Part shown: positions 38,101 to 52,587 of the stretch, piece after piece | Numbering within the stretch: position 1 is the stretch's first letter | Layout of the letters: every line of letters starts with the position of its first letter | Source of the DNA: Vicugna vicugna | Lineage: Eukaryota | Length of the DNA: 64,000 nt | NCBI GenBank assembly: GCA_013265495.1 | Contig: MU057416.1 | Span: 552,545-616,544 of the forward strand | Direction: 5' to 3' | The notes under the pieces: model-generated | The model's input: the letters and a program-made list of their open reading frames with translations, nothing else | What the model was told of the DNA's origin: nothing | Database searches by the model: none | Made by a program: the position numbers and the translations under genes

Positions 38101-38869
38101 AGGTGACAAAGGCTGGCAACTAAGGGTGGAGGTGGCTGTCACGAAGAGGAAGAGGATAAGGCACAGGTAATGATGCATGGTTTTCTGAAAGGAGTTCCAA
38201 CCCCGCCCTGCACCCCAAATCCACGCTCCAGAGTTTAAAGAAGGTGAAAGACAGAATTGAACGAAAGAAAAAAAGAATGGAACCCAAGAGAAAAGAATAT
38301 GTTCGAACCTGCAGAATGAGAAGCTAGATCACCGTCACATGAAGATGGTTTGAGTAAAGCAGGAAATATAAAGAACACGTGTGACGGGCTGATTCTTGGT
38401 TTCTAATTTGATGGAAAGACAGAAGGACTGAAGCTTGTTGTTGCATAACTGAAAGCCTGCAGAGAAGCTGAAAGCAGTACTTAAGAATTATTACTGCAGT
38501 GATTTTATCTAGGCTGACTCAAAAACAATCCAAGCGCCCCTCTGCAGAAGAGATGATAATGAATTCATGACCAGTGGTAAAAGTTAATGGAAGAATACAG
38601 CAAACCCACACAAGTGGGAGCATCAAAGGCTCAGATCCTTTAAAAAATGAAGAACTGGGTCATCTCTCCTGATAAAGACACAACTTGAGAGATTCTTTGA
38701 AGGCAAATGGATCATGAAAAAATTAGTGCAGAAAGCAAGCATAAATATCAGCTCCAGCCTCTTGGTCAACTGCAGAAATGGGGCTGTGGTACCTACCAGT
38801 GTCCTTTGGGTGAACTGATTTCCATTAATAATAACAACAGAAATAATAAGCTGGGGACACCTGAAAATA

Positions 38870-39310
38870 TCAAGCCAATATAGAGATAAAGAAACACATT
38901 TTTAGATGGGCATAGCTCTCCAGGTGCTCAGCAGAGTTTCATCATAAAATTTTATAGTGTGAATAAAAAAGGCAAGACCCTAAAACCTTCCAGAGGAAGA
39001 GAGAGAGGAGAGAAAGGTCACCTTTAAAGGGACACAGATCAGAGGGGCTAGTAATCAGCACCACAAGAAAGCACCATTAGAACGCAAAAAACATTGTCAC
39101 CACCACCATCACCACCACCACCAACACAGTCCTCAAGGTACTCAAGGTAAACGATCATGAGCGCTGAGTTCTTTGCTGGAGCAAAGTTATCAACTAATTG
39201 TGAGGCCACATGAAGACATTTTCAACCAATCAAAGGCTCTGTAAACTTATCTCCTACACATTATTTCTTGGGGAATTACTTAAGGATGTATTCAGAAAAT
39301 GAGCGTAAAA
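38870..39310 (+). mobile_element. Ancient L1/HAL1 ORF1-like fragment
   Basis: Degenerate ORF1 C-terminal pattern (aaggtcacctttaaagggacacagatcaga...gaagacattttcaaccaatcaaaggctc...ggaattacttaaggatgta). Confidence 0.5.
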
Positions 39311-39902
39311 TTTGGAAAATAAAAATTTGGAGTAGAAGAATAGGGGAAAGGAATAGGCAAGGAGTTAGTGAGCTATAGGAAGATTTTTAAGGAAGAAGAA
39401 GGGAATGGCTTTTAGAGGAAGAAATTAAGAAAATAATCAAGGTTCCAGATAAGTAGAGGCACGGTGAAGAAATAGAATATCCTACACCAACCAACAGGAA
39501 GAAAGACATGAAAAACCCTAGAAGAAAAGAAAACTTAAGACCCTACATAAGAAAGTAACATGGGATTAACTGAAAGAAGAAAATAGAACTTTGTGCTAAA
39601 CACTAGGGAAAATCTTTCCACTGGAAAAGGGGTGGAGGCAGCAGGCAGAGAAGGCTACTGGAATGCGCCCTGATTCTGCAGTGACGAGCACTCACCTAGA
39701 CATAATATCACGTCTAGGCAATATGCACCTAGACATAACAAGGCAAACAGCTTTATTTTCAGCATTTACCTTCTAGAATCGGCACGTAGCTAAGAGGTGA
39801 AAAACTGAAGTGTGGTTTTAGAACAGGAGGAAAATGTTAGCTTCCTTAAAAATGTGGAAAAATTTCTAGGTGCCTGAAAATGGGAAGTGGAGTGTAAGAA
39901 GG

Positions 39903-40332
39903 TGTGGTGGGCTGAACGGTGGCCTCCAAACTATGTCCATGTCCTAATCCCTGGACCGTCTGAATATTACCGTATATGGCAAAAAAAAAAGTGTGATTAA
40001 ATTAAGGATTTTGAGAGGAGATGCTTATCCTGGGTCATCTGGGTGGACCCCAAATGCAGTCACATGTATCCCTTATAAGAAGGAGGCGACGGAAGTTAAG
40101 AGACAAAAAGGGAGAGGCGATGGGACCAGCCACAACCAGGGGACACCTTGAGCCCCCAAAGCTGGAAGAGGCAGGGACCAGATCCTCCTCCAAGACTTTG
40201 AAGGCAGCGCAGCCCTGTTGATGCTTTAATACCAGACTTCTGGCCTCCAAATCTGCGAGAGAATGATTTTTGTTGTTCTAAGCCACCAGGTTTGTGCTAA
40301 AATTTGTTATAGCAGCTAAAGAAAACAAGTGC
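39903..40332 (+). mobile_element. MaLR solo LTR (MLT1D/E-like)
   Basis: tgtggtgggctgaacggtggcctcc...gtccatgtcctaatccctgg...ttctaagccaccaggtttgtgctaaaatttgttatagcagc. Confidence 0.85.
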
Positions 40333-40779
40333 AGGTGGAGAAACTTGTATTTTAATAGACCCGAATGTCACGTGTTTAATCAAGAAAACACCACCACACA
40401 CACACACATCCAACACTGAAAGTGAAAAAAAGGTCTATAACTATCATTCTGGTAGACATTTAAAATAATATTACATAGAGGGATTATACGAATAAGTTTG
40501 AAAACTGGGAGGGAATTGCTAATTTTTGAAAACTCATATGTTCCTAAAATTTTGTTAGGAAAATGGATGAAGAGACTAGTACACATAAACTAAACTGAAA
40601 TGACAGCCAAAGACTTGCTTCTGAGTAAGCACCAGTTCTGGGTGCCTCTCAGGAAATGTCTTACAAAATATGAAATATAAGTAGTATCTGTATAAGTGAT
40701 ATCAATGTATAAAAATTGTAAATTTTCTAAAGGGCTAACAAAACTGCTTGTGATTAATACATTCATTATTATTTACATA

Positions 40780-42265
40780 GAACCTAAATTCTTAAATAAA
40801 ACATTATTAAAAGGAATTTAACAGTATATCATGAGCCTAGTATGTCCCCTTCAGGTAAGGTTTAATCGTAAAAATAAAAAGATGTTTCAATAGTAGATAA
40901 TAATCACTAGATTAAAATATTTGAAAAAGTAAAAACTGGAAAACATACCACAAAAGTCTGATAAATTTAACAGCCATTCCTGATTCTAAATTAGTAATAA
41001 AAAAAGACTGGAAGAAAACTTCCTTTGACTGATAAAGGGTTTCTGGAATAAACCTACTGCAAACTGCTTTAAAATATTAAAATATGATGGTTAAAATAAG
41101 GCAAAAGCTATCCTCATTACTGTTCAACTTTGCACTAAGATTCAATAAGTAAAGGAAAAGAAATAAAAGACTATATGAAAGGATGATGCAAAACTGACAT
41201 TATTCGCAGGAAATATAATTATCCTAAAAACTGCAAGAAAATAAACTTTAAAAAATTGAGTTAATAACAGAGCTCGGTAAGTTGGCCAGATGAGAACAAT
41301 AAAACTATATAAAATATTGGACTAAAACTAGCAAAAATGCTCAGGAGATATGCATAGAAAATTATTAATTTTTATTAAAGTAGGAAAATGAAGATCAGAA
41401 TAAAGAACTATTTATGTTCCTGAATTGACTCAATATTGTTAAATGGTTAATTTTTCCCAAATAAATGTGTGAGTCCAAAAACATCTCAACAAAAATTACA
41501 AGTCTTTATACAGCTTCACAACCTGATTCCTAAGTTCATCTGTAAGAAGTAACATAATTTAAAAAATGATTAAAAATAATAAAGGAGAACTTGTTTTAGC
41601 AGATATTTATCAAAATATATCAGAAACTGTAGTAATTAAAACAGCATGGTATTGGCACAGGTAAAGGAATACAGACATGTATCAATTGTATAAATGTGTA
41701 CAAATGCGCAAGTATCCTAAAGGTAGCATCTTGAATTAATGGGAAAGATATTATTTATTAAATAGTGTTGAGATAGTGGCTATCTTGGTAAAATAGCAAA
41801 GTTAGGTTTCTCTCTCACATCAAATACAGAAATGTATTTGATTTATCAAAAATAGATGAAAATATTAAAATTAAAAATTAGAATAAAATAAAAGGGAAAT
41901 TTTGGTTTTGTCTGGTGAGAGAAAAAAAAAAATCCCTTTTTCAGAAAGAGAAAACCCAAAACACATTCATGAACACTTGAAGGAACCTAAGCTATTACAA
42001 CCTCTTTTTGAGGACCTCTTATTTGACATGACACTGTTAAGACAGGAAATGTACAGATCACTTTTTCACAGGAATTCTCCCCTTATGAAGCCACAAAGTC
42101 ATCCTACAGAAACACTCATGTACACATTCAAAGATACTAAACATCAGAGGTGTCAGTTCAGCACTGCTTTTAACACTGAAAAATTGGAGATAACCAAACA
42201 ACTAGATGCGGGAATAGTTGAATAATAATGGTTCATTCATACTATGGAATCCTTACAGTTATTTT
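40780..42265 (+). mobile_element. Ancient, heavily decayed L1 (L1ME-like) ORF2 and 3' region
   Basis: A-rich degenerate ORF2 motifs (gtagtaattaaaacagcatggtattggcacagg, ttcctaagttcatctg). It probably resumes at about 46090-46500. Confidence 0.65.
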
Positions 42266-42267
42266 TA

Positions 42268-42920
42268 AACACATCTTCCTGAGAAGATGTAGCATAAAAA
42301 CTCAGCCCTTAAGTGTGGGCTGTGCATTGTGACTTTCTCCCAAAAAGTACAATGTGGTAAAGGAGGAAAGAATAATTTTAAGTAGAGAAACGTGACAGTG
42401 TCATCAAGGCTAACATTAGTGTCAGGACATGTTAATAGCATGTATCCTTTACGTGATGTGATGAGAAAGATAGTCTTTCTGTGGTATTCTTCCAAAGAAT
42501 CCCATAATCTGTGTTACCCTGAGAAAAGAATCAGAAAAAGACAATTAAGGACAATTCTACAACATACTTGACCAGTACTCCTCGAATTGTCAATGTCACT
42601 GACAAACAAGAAAAGTCTGAGGAAGTGTCATAGTCTAGAGGACATGAAGGGGACAAGATGACTAAATGTTCTACTGTATCTCTGGATGGGATCCTCAAGT
42701 AGAAAAGGACACTGGTAAAAATTAAGGAAACCTGAATAAAATATGGACTTGAGTTTAGTAATATCAATACGGTTCAGCAGTTGTGACAAGGGTACCATAG
42801 TAATGTAAGACTTTAACAATGGGAAAACCTGAGTGAGGCATGTAAGGAAACTTTCTGTGCTATGCTTGATATTTTTCTGTGAATCTAAAACTATTCTTTA
42901 ATAAACATTTATTATTAAAA
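42268..42920 (+). mobile_element. L1MC/MD-type 3' UTR fragment
   Basis: ccttaagtgtgggctgtgcattgtgactttc...ggatgggatcctc...ttctgtgaatctaaaactattct. Confidence 0.8.
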
Positions 42921-42949
42921 ATTAATATGCTTATACTTTTAAGCATGTT

Positions 42950-45900
42950 GTTTGAGAAGCTATTGACTACCAATGGGTCAAAGGAAAAATCAAAAGAGAC
43001 GTAAAAAATACCTTGAGACAAATGAAAACAGAAATAGAACATACTAAAATTGACGGAATGAAGCAAAAGCAGTTCTAAAGATGAAGTTCACAGTGATAAA
43101 TGCCTACCTCAAAAATAAGGAAAGTCTCAAGCAGACAATGTAACTTTATAGCTAACTAGAAAAAGAAGAACAAACAAAGCTCAAAGTTAGTAGAAGGGAG
43201 GAAATAACAAAGACTAGAGCAGAAATAAATGAAATATAAACTAAAAAGACAATAGAAAAGACCAGTAAAGCTAAGAGTTGGTTGTTGGAAAAGACAAACA
43301 AAATTGACAGACCTTTAGTTAGACTCTCCAAGAAAAAAAGAGAGAGGACACAAATAAATAACATCAGATGAAAGAGAACATGTTACAACCAATAGCACAG
43401 AAATACAAAGGATCATAAGACCACTGTGAACAACTATATATCAAAAATTGGACAACATGGGAGAAATAGATGAATTTCTAGAAACATACAACCTACCAAG
43501 ACTGAAGCATGATGAATTAGAAAATCTGAACAAACTGATACTAGTAAGGGCATTGTATCAGCAGTCAAAAACCTCCCAACATACAGAAGTCCAGGACCAG
43601 ACTGCATCACTGCTGAACTCCAGTAAACACTTTAAGAAGAATTAATACCATTCCTTCTCAAATTCTTTCAAAAAATAGAAGAAAAGGAAACACTTCCAAG
43701 CAGAGTTTACAAGGCCAATATTACCTTGATGCCAAAACCAGAGATGCCACAAGAAAAGAAAATCACGGCTAATATCCGTCATAAACATAGATACAGAATT
43801 TTCAACAAATGTCAGCACACTAATTCAACAGCACATCAAAGGGATCATATGCCATGATCATGGGATTTATTCCAGAGAGGCAAGGAAAGTTTAACATCCA
43901 CAGTTCAGTCAATGTGATACCACATGAACAAGTAAAGAATAAAAACCATATGATCATCTCAATATATGGAGAAAAAGCATCTAACAAAATCCAACTTCCA
44001 TTTGTAGTAAAAATTGTGAACCAAGGGGCATAGAGGGAACATACCTCAGCATTACAAAGGCCACACAGAACAGGCACACAGCTAGTGTTAAACTCTACAG
44101 TGAAAAGATGAAGGCTTTCCTTTAAGATCAGGAACAAGATAAGGGTGCCTACTCAGTCATTTTTATTCAACATGGTGTTTTGAAGTCCTAGACAGCAACT
44201 GGGCGAGAAAAAGAAATAAAAGGCACCCAAATTGGAAAGGAAGAAGTAACACTGTTACTATTCACAGGTGACATGACACTGTAGGTAGAAAACCCCAGTC
44301 TCCCTCAAAAAACCCTTAGAATTAACAGAGTTCAGTGAAGTGGCAGAATCCAAAATCAGTACAAAAAAAAAATCTGATGCATTTCTATACAGTAATAATG
44401 AAGTATCAGAAAGAGAAATTAAGAAAACAATCTCATTCACAACTGCATCAAAAGAATAAAATACCTGACATAAATTTAATCAAGGAAGTGAAAGACCTGT
44501 ATGTTTAAACTGAAAGAAACTAATGAAAGAAACTGAAAAATCTGCAAATAAATGGACAGATATTCTATATTTATGAGTTGTAAGAATTAATATTGTCAAA
44601 ATGTCCATGCTACCCAAGTCTATAATCTATAGATTTAATGCAATTGTTATCAACATTCCAATGGCATTTTTCACAGAAATAGAACAAAGAATCCTAGAAC
44701 TTGTATGGAACTATAAAAGACCACAAATAGCCAAAACAATCTTAAGAAAAAAAAGCAAAGCTGGAGGCACCACACCCCCAATTTCAAATTGTATTACAAA
44801 GCTATAGTAATTAAAACAGCATGGTACTGGCATAAAAACAGACCCATAGGTCAATGGAACAGAATAAAGGGCACATAAATAAACCCACACACATATGGTC
44901 AGCTAATCTGTGACAGAGGAGTCAAGGATACACAATAGGGAAAGGGTAGTCTCTTCAAAAAATGGTGTTGGGAAAGTTGCACGGCCACATGCAAAAGAGT
45001 GAAACTAGACCATTATCTTATGCCATGCAAAAAGTTAACTCAAAATGGATTGAAGACTTGAACTTAAGACCTGAAACTATGAAACTCCTAGAAGAAAATA
45101 TAGGTGGTAATCTCTTTGACACAGATCTTGATGATGATCTTTTGAGTCTGACACCAAAAACAAAAGCAAAACTAAACAAATGAGACTACATCAAACTAAA
45201 AAAACTTCTGTACAGCAAAGAAAACCATCAACAAAATGAAAAGCCAACCTACTAAATGAAAGAAAATATTTTCAAATCATATATCTGATAAAGGACTAAT
45301 ATCCAAAATATGTAAAGAACTCATACAATTCAATAGCAAAAAAACCCAAACAATGGGCAGAAGATCTGCATAGACACTTTCCACAGAAGACATACAGATG
45401 CCCTGCGTCACTGGCCATCAGGGAAGTGCAAATCAAAGCCACAATGAGATATCACGTCAAACTTGTTAGAATGGCTGGTATCAAAAAGGAAAAAAGACTA
45501 AAAACAACAAATGTTGGTGAGGATGTGGAGAAAAGAGAACCCTCATGCACTGTTGGTGGGAATATAAATTAGCATAGCTACTAAAGAAAACAGTAAAGAG
45601 GTTATTTAAAAAATTAAAAATGGAACTATTAAATGATCCAGCAATTATGCATCTGGGTATTTATCTGAAGAAACAATAACTCAAAAAGATATATGCACCC
45701 ATGTTCACTGCAATGCTACTTACAACAGTCAACATAAGGAAACAACATGAAGTGTCACTGATGGAGAAATGGGTAAAGGAATTGTGGTTTATATATTCCC
45801 ACTGGAATATTACTCAGCCATGTAAACAAATGAAATCTTGCCATTTGTGACAACATGGACAGACCCTGAGGATATTAGGCTAAGTAAAATAAACAGAGGA

Positions 45901-46080
45901 TGACAAACACCCAATGATCTCTCTTACAGGTGGAATCTAACAATAAGTACATAATTTTATAAACAAAGCTCATCTATACAGAGGACAGATTGGTGGTTCC
46001 AGATATAGTGGGAAGGGTGGGGAGAGGGAAAAGTGGGGGAACTGTTTTTTTCTTTAATTTAAGTAAATTGAATTTTTAAC
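42950..46080 (+). mobile_element. 3.1-kb L1 (L1MA-like): most of ORF2 downstream of the endonuclease domain plus 3' UTR, inactive
   Basis: [46 protein letters not shown] and other ORF2 peptides, broken by frameshifts and stops. Confidence 0.95.
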
Positions 46081-46247
46081 ACAGCAAAGATTAATAAGCG
46101 TAAGTAGGTAGGGGTATATGGCCTAACATAGAGTCTTTAATATAGTTAAGAAAAAGCAAGTCACAGAAAATCTGCATAATACAATTTTATTTATGGCTAA
46201 ACACCAAATTTGAAGATGTGTATCTGTGTGTGCAAATGTAAACTTCA

Positions 46248-46249
46248 TA

Positions 46250-46281
<32 letters not shown>

Positions 46282-46320
46282 CATATATGTAATATATATT
46301 CACACATATATAACATATGT
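46248..46320 (+). repeat. (TA)n-rich simple repeat
   Basis: Direct read of the sequence. Confidence 0.85.
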
Positions 46321-47314
46321 AAATTAATAAGAAAAAAGTCTGTAAAAATACACACCCAACTATCAAGTTTGTGGAGTGCAATGGACCAGCATGACAGAGT
46401 AAGTGTGAGATAATAGATGCTTTCCGAGATTTTTCCCAAATTGAATACTCCTTAAATTCTTTATGAAAATGCATTTCTTTGTTATTTTATAATTAAAAGA
46501 ATGAATAGGCAAAAACTAAAAATGGATCAAGAAACACAAATTAGAGAAAGAGAAGTACACTGTGTAGCGACTTTGACTGCAGCCTGACTCTGATGAGTGA
46601 CCCCCTCCATCAGACCATCGCTAAGGACGTCAGCTGCAGTTTGCCGAGCACTGACTCCAATCCAAGCAAAACAGGCATCATGTTCATTAATTTCCACAAA
46701 ACATTATAAAAATAGCTTGTAATACTTGTTTTATGGATGAGGAGACGGAGTTTTAGAAAAATATATTATCCAGGATCATACTTTCAAGGATCACCTTGTA
46801 TGTGAAGGACAAAGTACGAAAACCCAGCTTGTTGGCCCGGAGAGCCCTTTCCTTCTGTACCTGCTGTGTTGTTGCAGAATAATCACTCAGGGGGACAGGT
46901 GTGGAAAGTAGACTTCACTTCAGGAAATCTTGTTTTACCATTATCTTTTTTGAAGATAATGGCAGACCAGTACAGCTGAAACATGAGCACTAAAAACATG
47001 TACAGTGTTAGGAAAGAAACAAAAATAAGTTAAGAATTTATATTTTGCTAAAAAACATAAGTCTATTCCAAAAATTCAAGAAATGAAACTCAAAATTGTA
47101 TTTTATAGTTTACTATTTACCCATAATCTTCAGGGTACCTTTATAGTTTTATTAAAATAATACATAAAAATTTCATGTCAGACACATTGTATATTTGAAA
47201 ATGCTATTTACTATTCTTTTTTATCACTATTGTCATAGATTTTAAAAGCAGCCAATATAGAGGAAATCCATTAAGAAACAGATTTTTTAAGAGCCTGGAA
47301 ACACATAGCAATAC

Positions 47315-47752
47315 TGTCAAAAGCCCAGAAACAGTAAAAAAATAAAACCAGACCAGTAAGGTACTATTTAGTAAGAGTTTATTGTGCATATAAGGTCACA
47401 AACTGGGAGCTTTTAAACTCAAAACTGATAAGAAGCTCAGAGGCATGACTTACAGGATGGCTTATAATGTGAAAATGAGGAAGTTGTTTAACCTTTACAA
47501 TGATTGGTTATTATAATTGGGTTTCCAGATGGCAGGGGATTGGTTAAAAGTGATTATCTTACACTATTTTAGAAAAATGACTCAAGTTTCTTTTATGATT
47601 ATCAGAGACATTTACAAAAATATTCTAAGCTAAATTTTTCTTAAGTTTATAAAATAAGCTAGATTTAGTTTTTCTTATGTGGCTTACTTAAATGGTTCTG
47701 TCTGCTCAGGAAATTCTTAAGTCTGATCTCCATTTTGTATCTAATTTTAACA
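47315..47752 (-). mobile_element. ERV1-class solo LTR (MER89/MER90/MER92-like) with a 4-bp TSD
   Basis: The minus strand begins tgttaaaattagatacaaaatggagatcag and ends ...tttgaca. ATAC flanks it at 47311-47314 and 47753-47756. Confidence 0.75.
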
Positions 47753-48055
47753 ATACAATTAGGTACCACACATCTCAATATTATTTTTTTCTTTTACTTG
47801 ATAACATCCATAGTCAATCAGCCTATCCTTTACAAAACTCTTGGAAATTATCACAATTCATGGCTAATCAATTTTTAACTTTCTTTTTAAAGATAGGCTA
47901 CTTTGTATAGTATCAATTTGGTTTTCTTTTATACCTATCTCAGTGATAAGCTATTTACTTCTCATTTCCATTTCTTGTATCTCAAGTCCTACTGGAGATA
48001 AATGAGTCTTAAGATTTTGGTATCTACCTACCCATCCATCCATCCATCCACTCAC

Positions 48056-48058
<3 letters not shown>

Positions 48059-48094
<36 letters not shown>
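48059..48094 (+). repeat. (TG)18 microsatellite
   Basis: Direct read of the sequence. Confidence 0.95.
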
Positions 48095-48095
<1 letters not shown>

Positions 48096-51000
48096 TCATT
48101 CCTGGATTAGAAAACCCTCTGAATTCAGAGTTCCCAATCTCCTGGAGTATACGCTGCTATTCTTCAACACCAGAGTTCTGCCTACAATAAGAACATAAGC
48201 AAAAATAGTGTAGAAATTAGGGCAAAACTCTCCTTGATCACTTATCAAAGTGTAGGAAACATAATACAGAGGCTTAATTTCTCCCAAATCCCTTTATTAC
48301 TCAGGGAATGTGCACAATAGGCCAAGGATCTCTACCTGATTAATTTGGCCAGTGCTTTACTGAGTGGTAAGCATATAGAGGATATTAATGTTATTAAAAA
48401 TATTTTAAAAAATCAATAATCACAAATTCCAAAATATAACTATAGAATTAGGTGTAACATAGTGCTGTTCAAAAGGTCACATTCGTAATTCCCCAGATAC
48501 ATACATTTCATTTTGTTATAGAAATTAGAATAAAGTGAAAAGGGATTATATTGAAGATTTGATTTATTTCGGCAATGATAGCTAACCGTCTGCCAAGTAC
48601 ATAGGACACTCTGAAAATACAGCAGACTTAAATTTTCAGCATAATTAAATCCTTTTGGATCTCTTTGAAATTGCTTACACAAGAAGCACTTAATTTTTCT
48701 GAAGGTGGGGGACCAACAACGTGCATTAATAATTAAGAGTTACTGGCAGAAATAGGTGGGGTGTGTGGAGGGAGCATTTGTGGCCTGGTATTTTCAACAA
48801 AGCCAGGAAAGAAAGCCCTCTAATTTAACCTCAAACACAAGTTTGATTTTTAATTAAAAGAACAGTGTTATTTAAGTTAGCTTCAAATATATGAACACAT
48901 ATACACTCTGCAGAACTGCCAGGAACTGCAGACACAAGTGCTGGTGAGCATCTCCGTGACTGAAGCCTTTCTGCCTCCCACTCAGAGGGCGGCCCGTCCA
49001 CAGCCGGGTCACAGCCGAAGCAGTCTGCTCGGTGGCCAGCACACTTCTAGGACACAGACAAACACAGGCCCCTGCTCCTGGAGTGCGTACATATTTATAA
49101 ACTGAGTGAGTTTCAGAAGTGCCAGGTTTCAGGCAGCAAAAGACATCTACTTTGCATTCAGAAAAAGGGGTTGGCATTACTGTTTTATCTGAACCCACAA
49201 ACAGTTATACACAAGAACACTTAACATTTGGAGAAAACTTACACATCCCTTACTTCTAGAAAACTTCTAGAGTCTAAGTTGATACCATTCCATCCATCTT
49301 TAGAATATTTTTTCAAAAAGAATTTGACCAAGAGCCAGCCTATGGTTAAAGCTAAATAGTGTAACACGTCAGAGAACCTTCGGTCCTAGCAAAGCCGCGT
49401 GACCAGGGGGCCACCCTGGAACGCTGCCGTCACCTCCAGGTGCTTCCCCTGAAGGAGCCCCTCAGAGGAGCCAGGATACTGGTGAGAAGGCTGTTTGGCA
49501 AGGTCAAAGGAAGTTACATGTGAAGGAGGCCACGGAGCAGCCATGGTAACTTGAGTCTTATCAACATCCAGGAAAGTTTATTCATTCGGTCAAAGGGTCT
49601 GCCGAGACCCCGTGTTACCCATGTGAGAAAGTCCCAACTCCTTGGCGTGTGGTGTTCAAGGCACTTCAGAAAGGTCACCCGAAGGCACCTATAGAGTCTG
49701 GTTCTCCTCCCTCCTCCCTCCAGACCCACCCAGCCCCTCGGCGCGGGTATGGTGGGCACCTTACGTCAGTTCACGGCCCCATGAGACAAGCCCACTCTCT
49801 GGGCTCTTCCTGACATGCTCTCCCCTCTCGAGCATCCCTGACAACCGCTCGTCACCCTTCCAGGCCCAGATCAAATTCTCCCACCAGGATGACACTTCCC
49901 CTGAAGCTTACGCAGCGTTAGGCACTGAGTTCTTTGTGCATTACTGACCGCAGCTCTCTTCACGGTCACGATTTATATATTTTCCTGACCTTCTCGCCAG
50001 ACAGTGTGGAGGGCGAGGGTATTCTGTTATTCACCATAGAATCCTCCAAATCGAGCCCAGTACTGATCAGAGTGTTTTTCAGGGCATCATTAGATCATAT
50101 ATGAAAGAAGGTCAAAGTACATTTGAAAAATACTCCATTAGGCAAAATTAAACAGGTTTATTTCCCACAGGACTTAGAATCCCCAGTGTGCCAACTTACA
50201 TTACTTTGTACCTAGCATGCTAGGTAGCACATGAGTCTGGATTTCGGTTCCTTGGCTGTGGAATCCCATTCAGAAAAAATCTTTCCTGTAGGACATACGT
50301 TGCTACTTGTCTTCTCAGGACATGGCAGACACTCCCAACATGCTTGTTAAATAAGTAAGTAAACAATGATTTTTTATACTATAAGCTATTTGCTCTATCA
50401 TAGAATTTGGATTGATCTCTGGAAATACTGCTCACTGGTTAACCTATATCTCTTAGAAAATTACTATTTCTGCCCTGTCTGGGCCGTGGGGTTTACGACA
50501 AATCACACAAGTCGCCTACCTCTCTGTCTTCTTGTATTTGGAGCAGGTAATAATCACCTCGGTGGTGCCTGGGAATCGCTCTGAAGTGCTCTGCCCTGGT
50601 ACAGGGCAGCTTACAGTGAGGACGTATGATTATTGGCTAAAGCCATCACATAAAAAAAGACCAGCTTGTCCTGGTATGGGTAAAAAGACCCGGTCTGTGT
50701 CATTTTGTCTGAGATATAATCAGTATTTCTGGCCATGATGAATAAGCCTTTCATTTTGGTTTAGTGGCAGTTCTTATATAGAGCAAACCATTTCCTTGAA
50801 AAAATAAATAAATAAATAAGCCTCCTTACCCTAAACGGCCTCCCGTAACTAATTCTTTCAAAGTCATTGGGAAAAACAGACATATTTTCTGACTTTGGTT
50901 TCTGGCTCAGGAGCTCTCTAAGTTCTCCGAATATATTTAATTAAAAGCTTCATGTAAAAAAATCACATGAAACCAATTTTTGAAGCCCTGTAATCGGGGC

Positions 51001-52159
51001 TATTTGTAGGAGCTGTCACCTTGCTATAGACAGACTTCTTTTGCTGGAAAAATTCTCTTAACCGATTGCCAACTCAGTGAGCAGTGTGCTGGGCTTCGTG
51101 TTTCTCCAGGTCCAGTTTTTCATTACTTCTTATGGCACTGTGGGTTTTTCTTACACTTTTAAGCTAGCCATTAACACCACAGTTAACATGTCTTTGAAAT
51201 AAGGAGAAACAAACCATTTTATTGAATGTTTCTGTGTTTTCCACTCTACTACAAATGAAATGTGCGTGTCGTGTCTTTTTGTTGTTGTTGATCAAAGAAT
51301 TCTGATATTTTAGTTACATCTTAAATGTGTATTTCTAACTAGATAGACTAAGTAGGACCGTCTCACACTCAGGGAGTTTGTTGACAAGAATATTTTACCC
51401 TGGGATATTTCAGTTCCCCACCTGGAGGCTAAGCGCTAGACTGTTTATCTGCTGTCACTTATCTGTTCTTTGTATTTCCTGGCAAGTGGTATCCACGGAG
51501 AGTAACTGTTGCAACAAAACAATGTAATCCCACAGCACTGGCGAACTTCAGTGGAGGGCGTATGAAACCTACATATTTATTTCATTCATACTAACTAAAC
51601 AAGAATTACTGAGTTTGGAGTCCATGATTCACTTGGTAAATATTTACCATGGATCCACGTGTGTGGGCCCTGCCCTGGGCGCCAGAAACACAGCAAAGAC
51701 CAAACGGACAGGGCGCCCCATCCCGCGTGAGCCCCGCATCCTGCCCGTCCGCTCACGCGGAAGAGAGGCTTTTTCTCCTGCTTCTCCTCCAGGCCTGAGC
51801 GCTCCTTTCCAGCCTGTTAGCTACTTTTCCCGGTGTAGTTCTTCAGTTTTCTATTACTCTGTGCAAAGTCACCTCTGCAATGAGAAAAATTATAATAATG
51901 TGAAACTCCATGAAACTGAGCGGGGACTCAGGTGATAGGTAACTTATGGAGGGAAATGAGATGATGTCACTCCATTTACAGCGGGAACTGTCAGAGCAGG
52001 CAGGTAACTAGATCTGAGCAGAGACAGCGGGACATGGGCCAAATGCAGGAAACCGTGCGTCTTGTGAACAACGGGGGTCCCTGGGCAGACAGAGAAAAGC
52101 AGGAACCTCAGGACTGAGAATAGATCCCGCATTTCAGGGTGACCAAGTGTCCTGGAGGC

Positions 52160-52587
52160 CGACAAAGTGGGAAAGGCAGGAATCTCCAGTGTCCAAATGT
52201 AACCTTTTGCTCATTATGCCCCCATTACAATAAAATTAGCCTTGCAGGTTAGGAGTACCCCTCATGCACTGACGCCCTGACACTTAACATCCAGATTAAA
52301 CAAGGACAAAAATCCCTCCTCCCCTTGGGAAGGGGGAGACTGGATGGAAATCAGGGACTGAGACCCCAGACCCCTCCCTCCCCAGTGAGTATTCCGCCCA
52401 CTCATTTTTACTCTGTGTCACCAACTTGCCAAAGTAACTCAGGGCAGCCGCTCATCCGAGCCTGTCTGCTCTCCCCATGTGAGTGTCCTATCCATCCCTT
52501 AATAAGCCCTCACTTGGCTTCCTTGACCTCTGTGTCTCGTCTCTGAATTCTTTCTGTGATGAAACAGGAACCGAATCACTGGCAACA
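52160..52587 (+). mobile_element. ERV1-class solo LTR (5' boundary approximate)
   Basis: U5-like end cttaataagccctcacttggcttcc...tgaattctttctgtgatgaaacaggaaccgaatcactggcaaca ending in CA. Confidence 0.65.

Noticed and set aside
43152..45183. Cluster of 60-105 aa ORFs on both strands
   Set aside because: Sense and antisense readings of a broken L1 ORF2.
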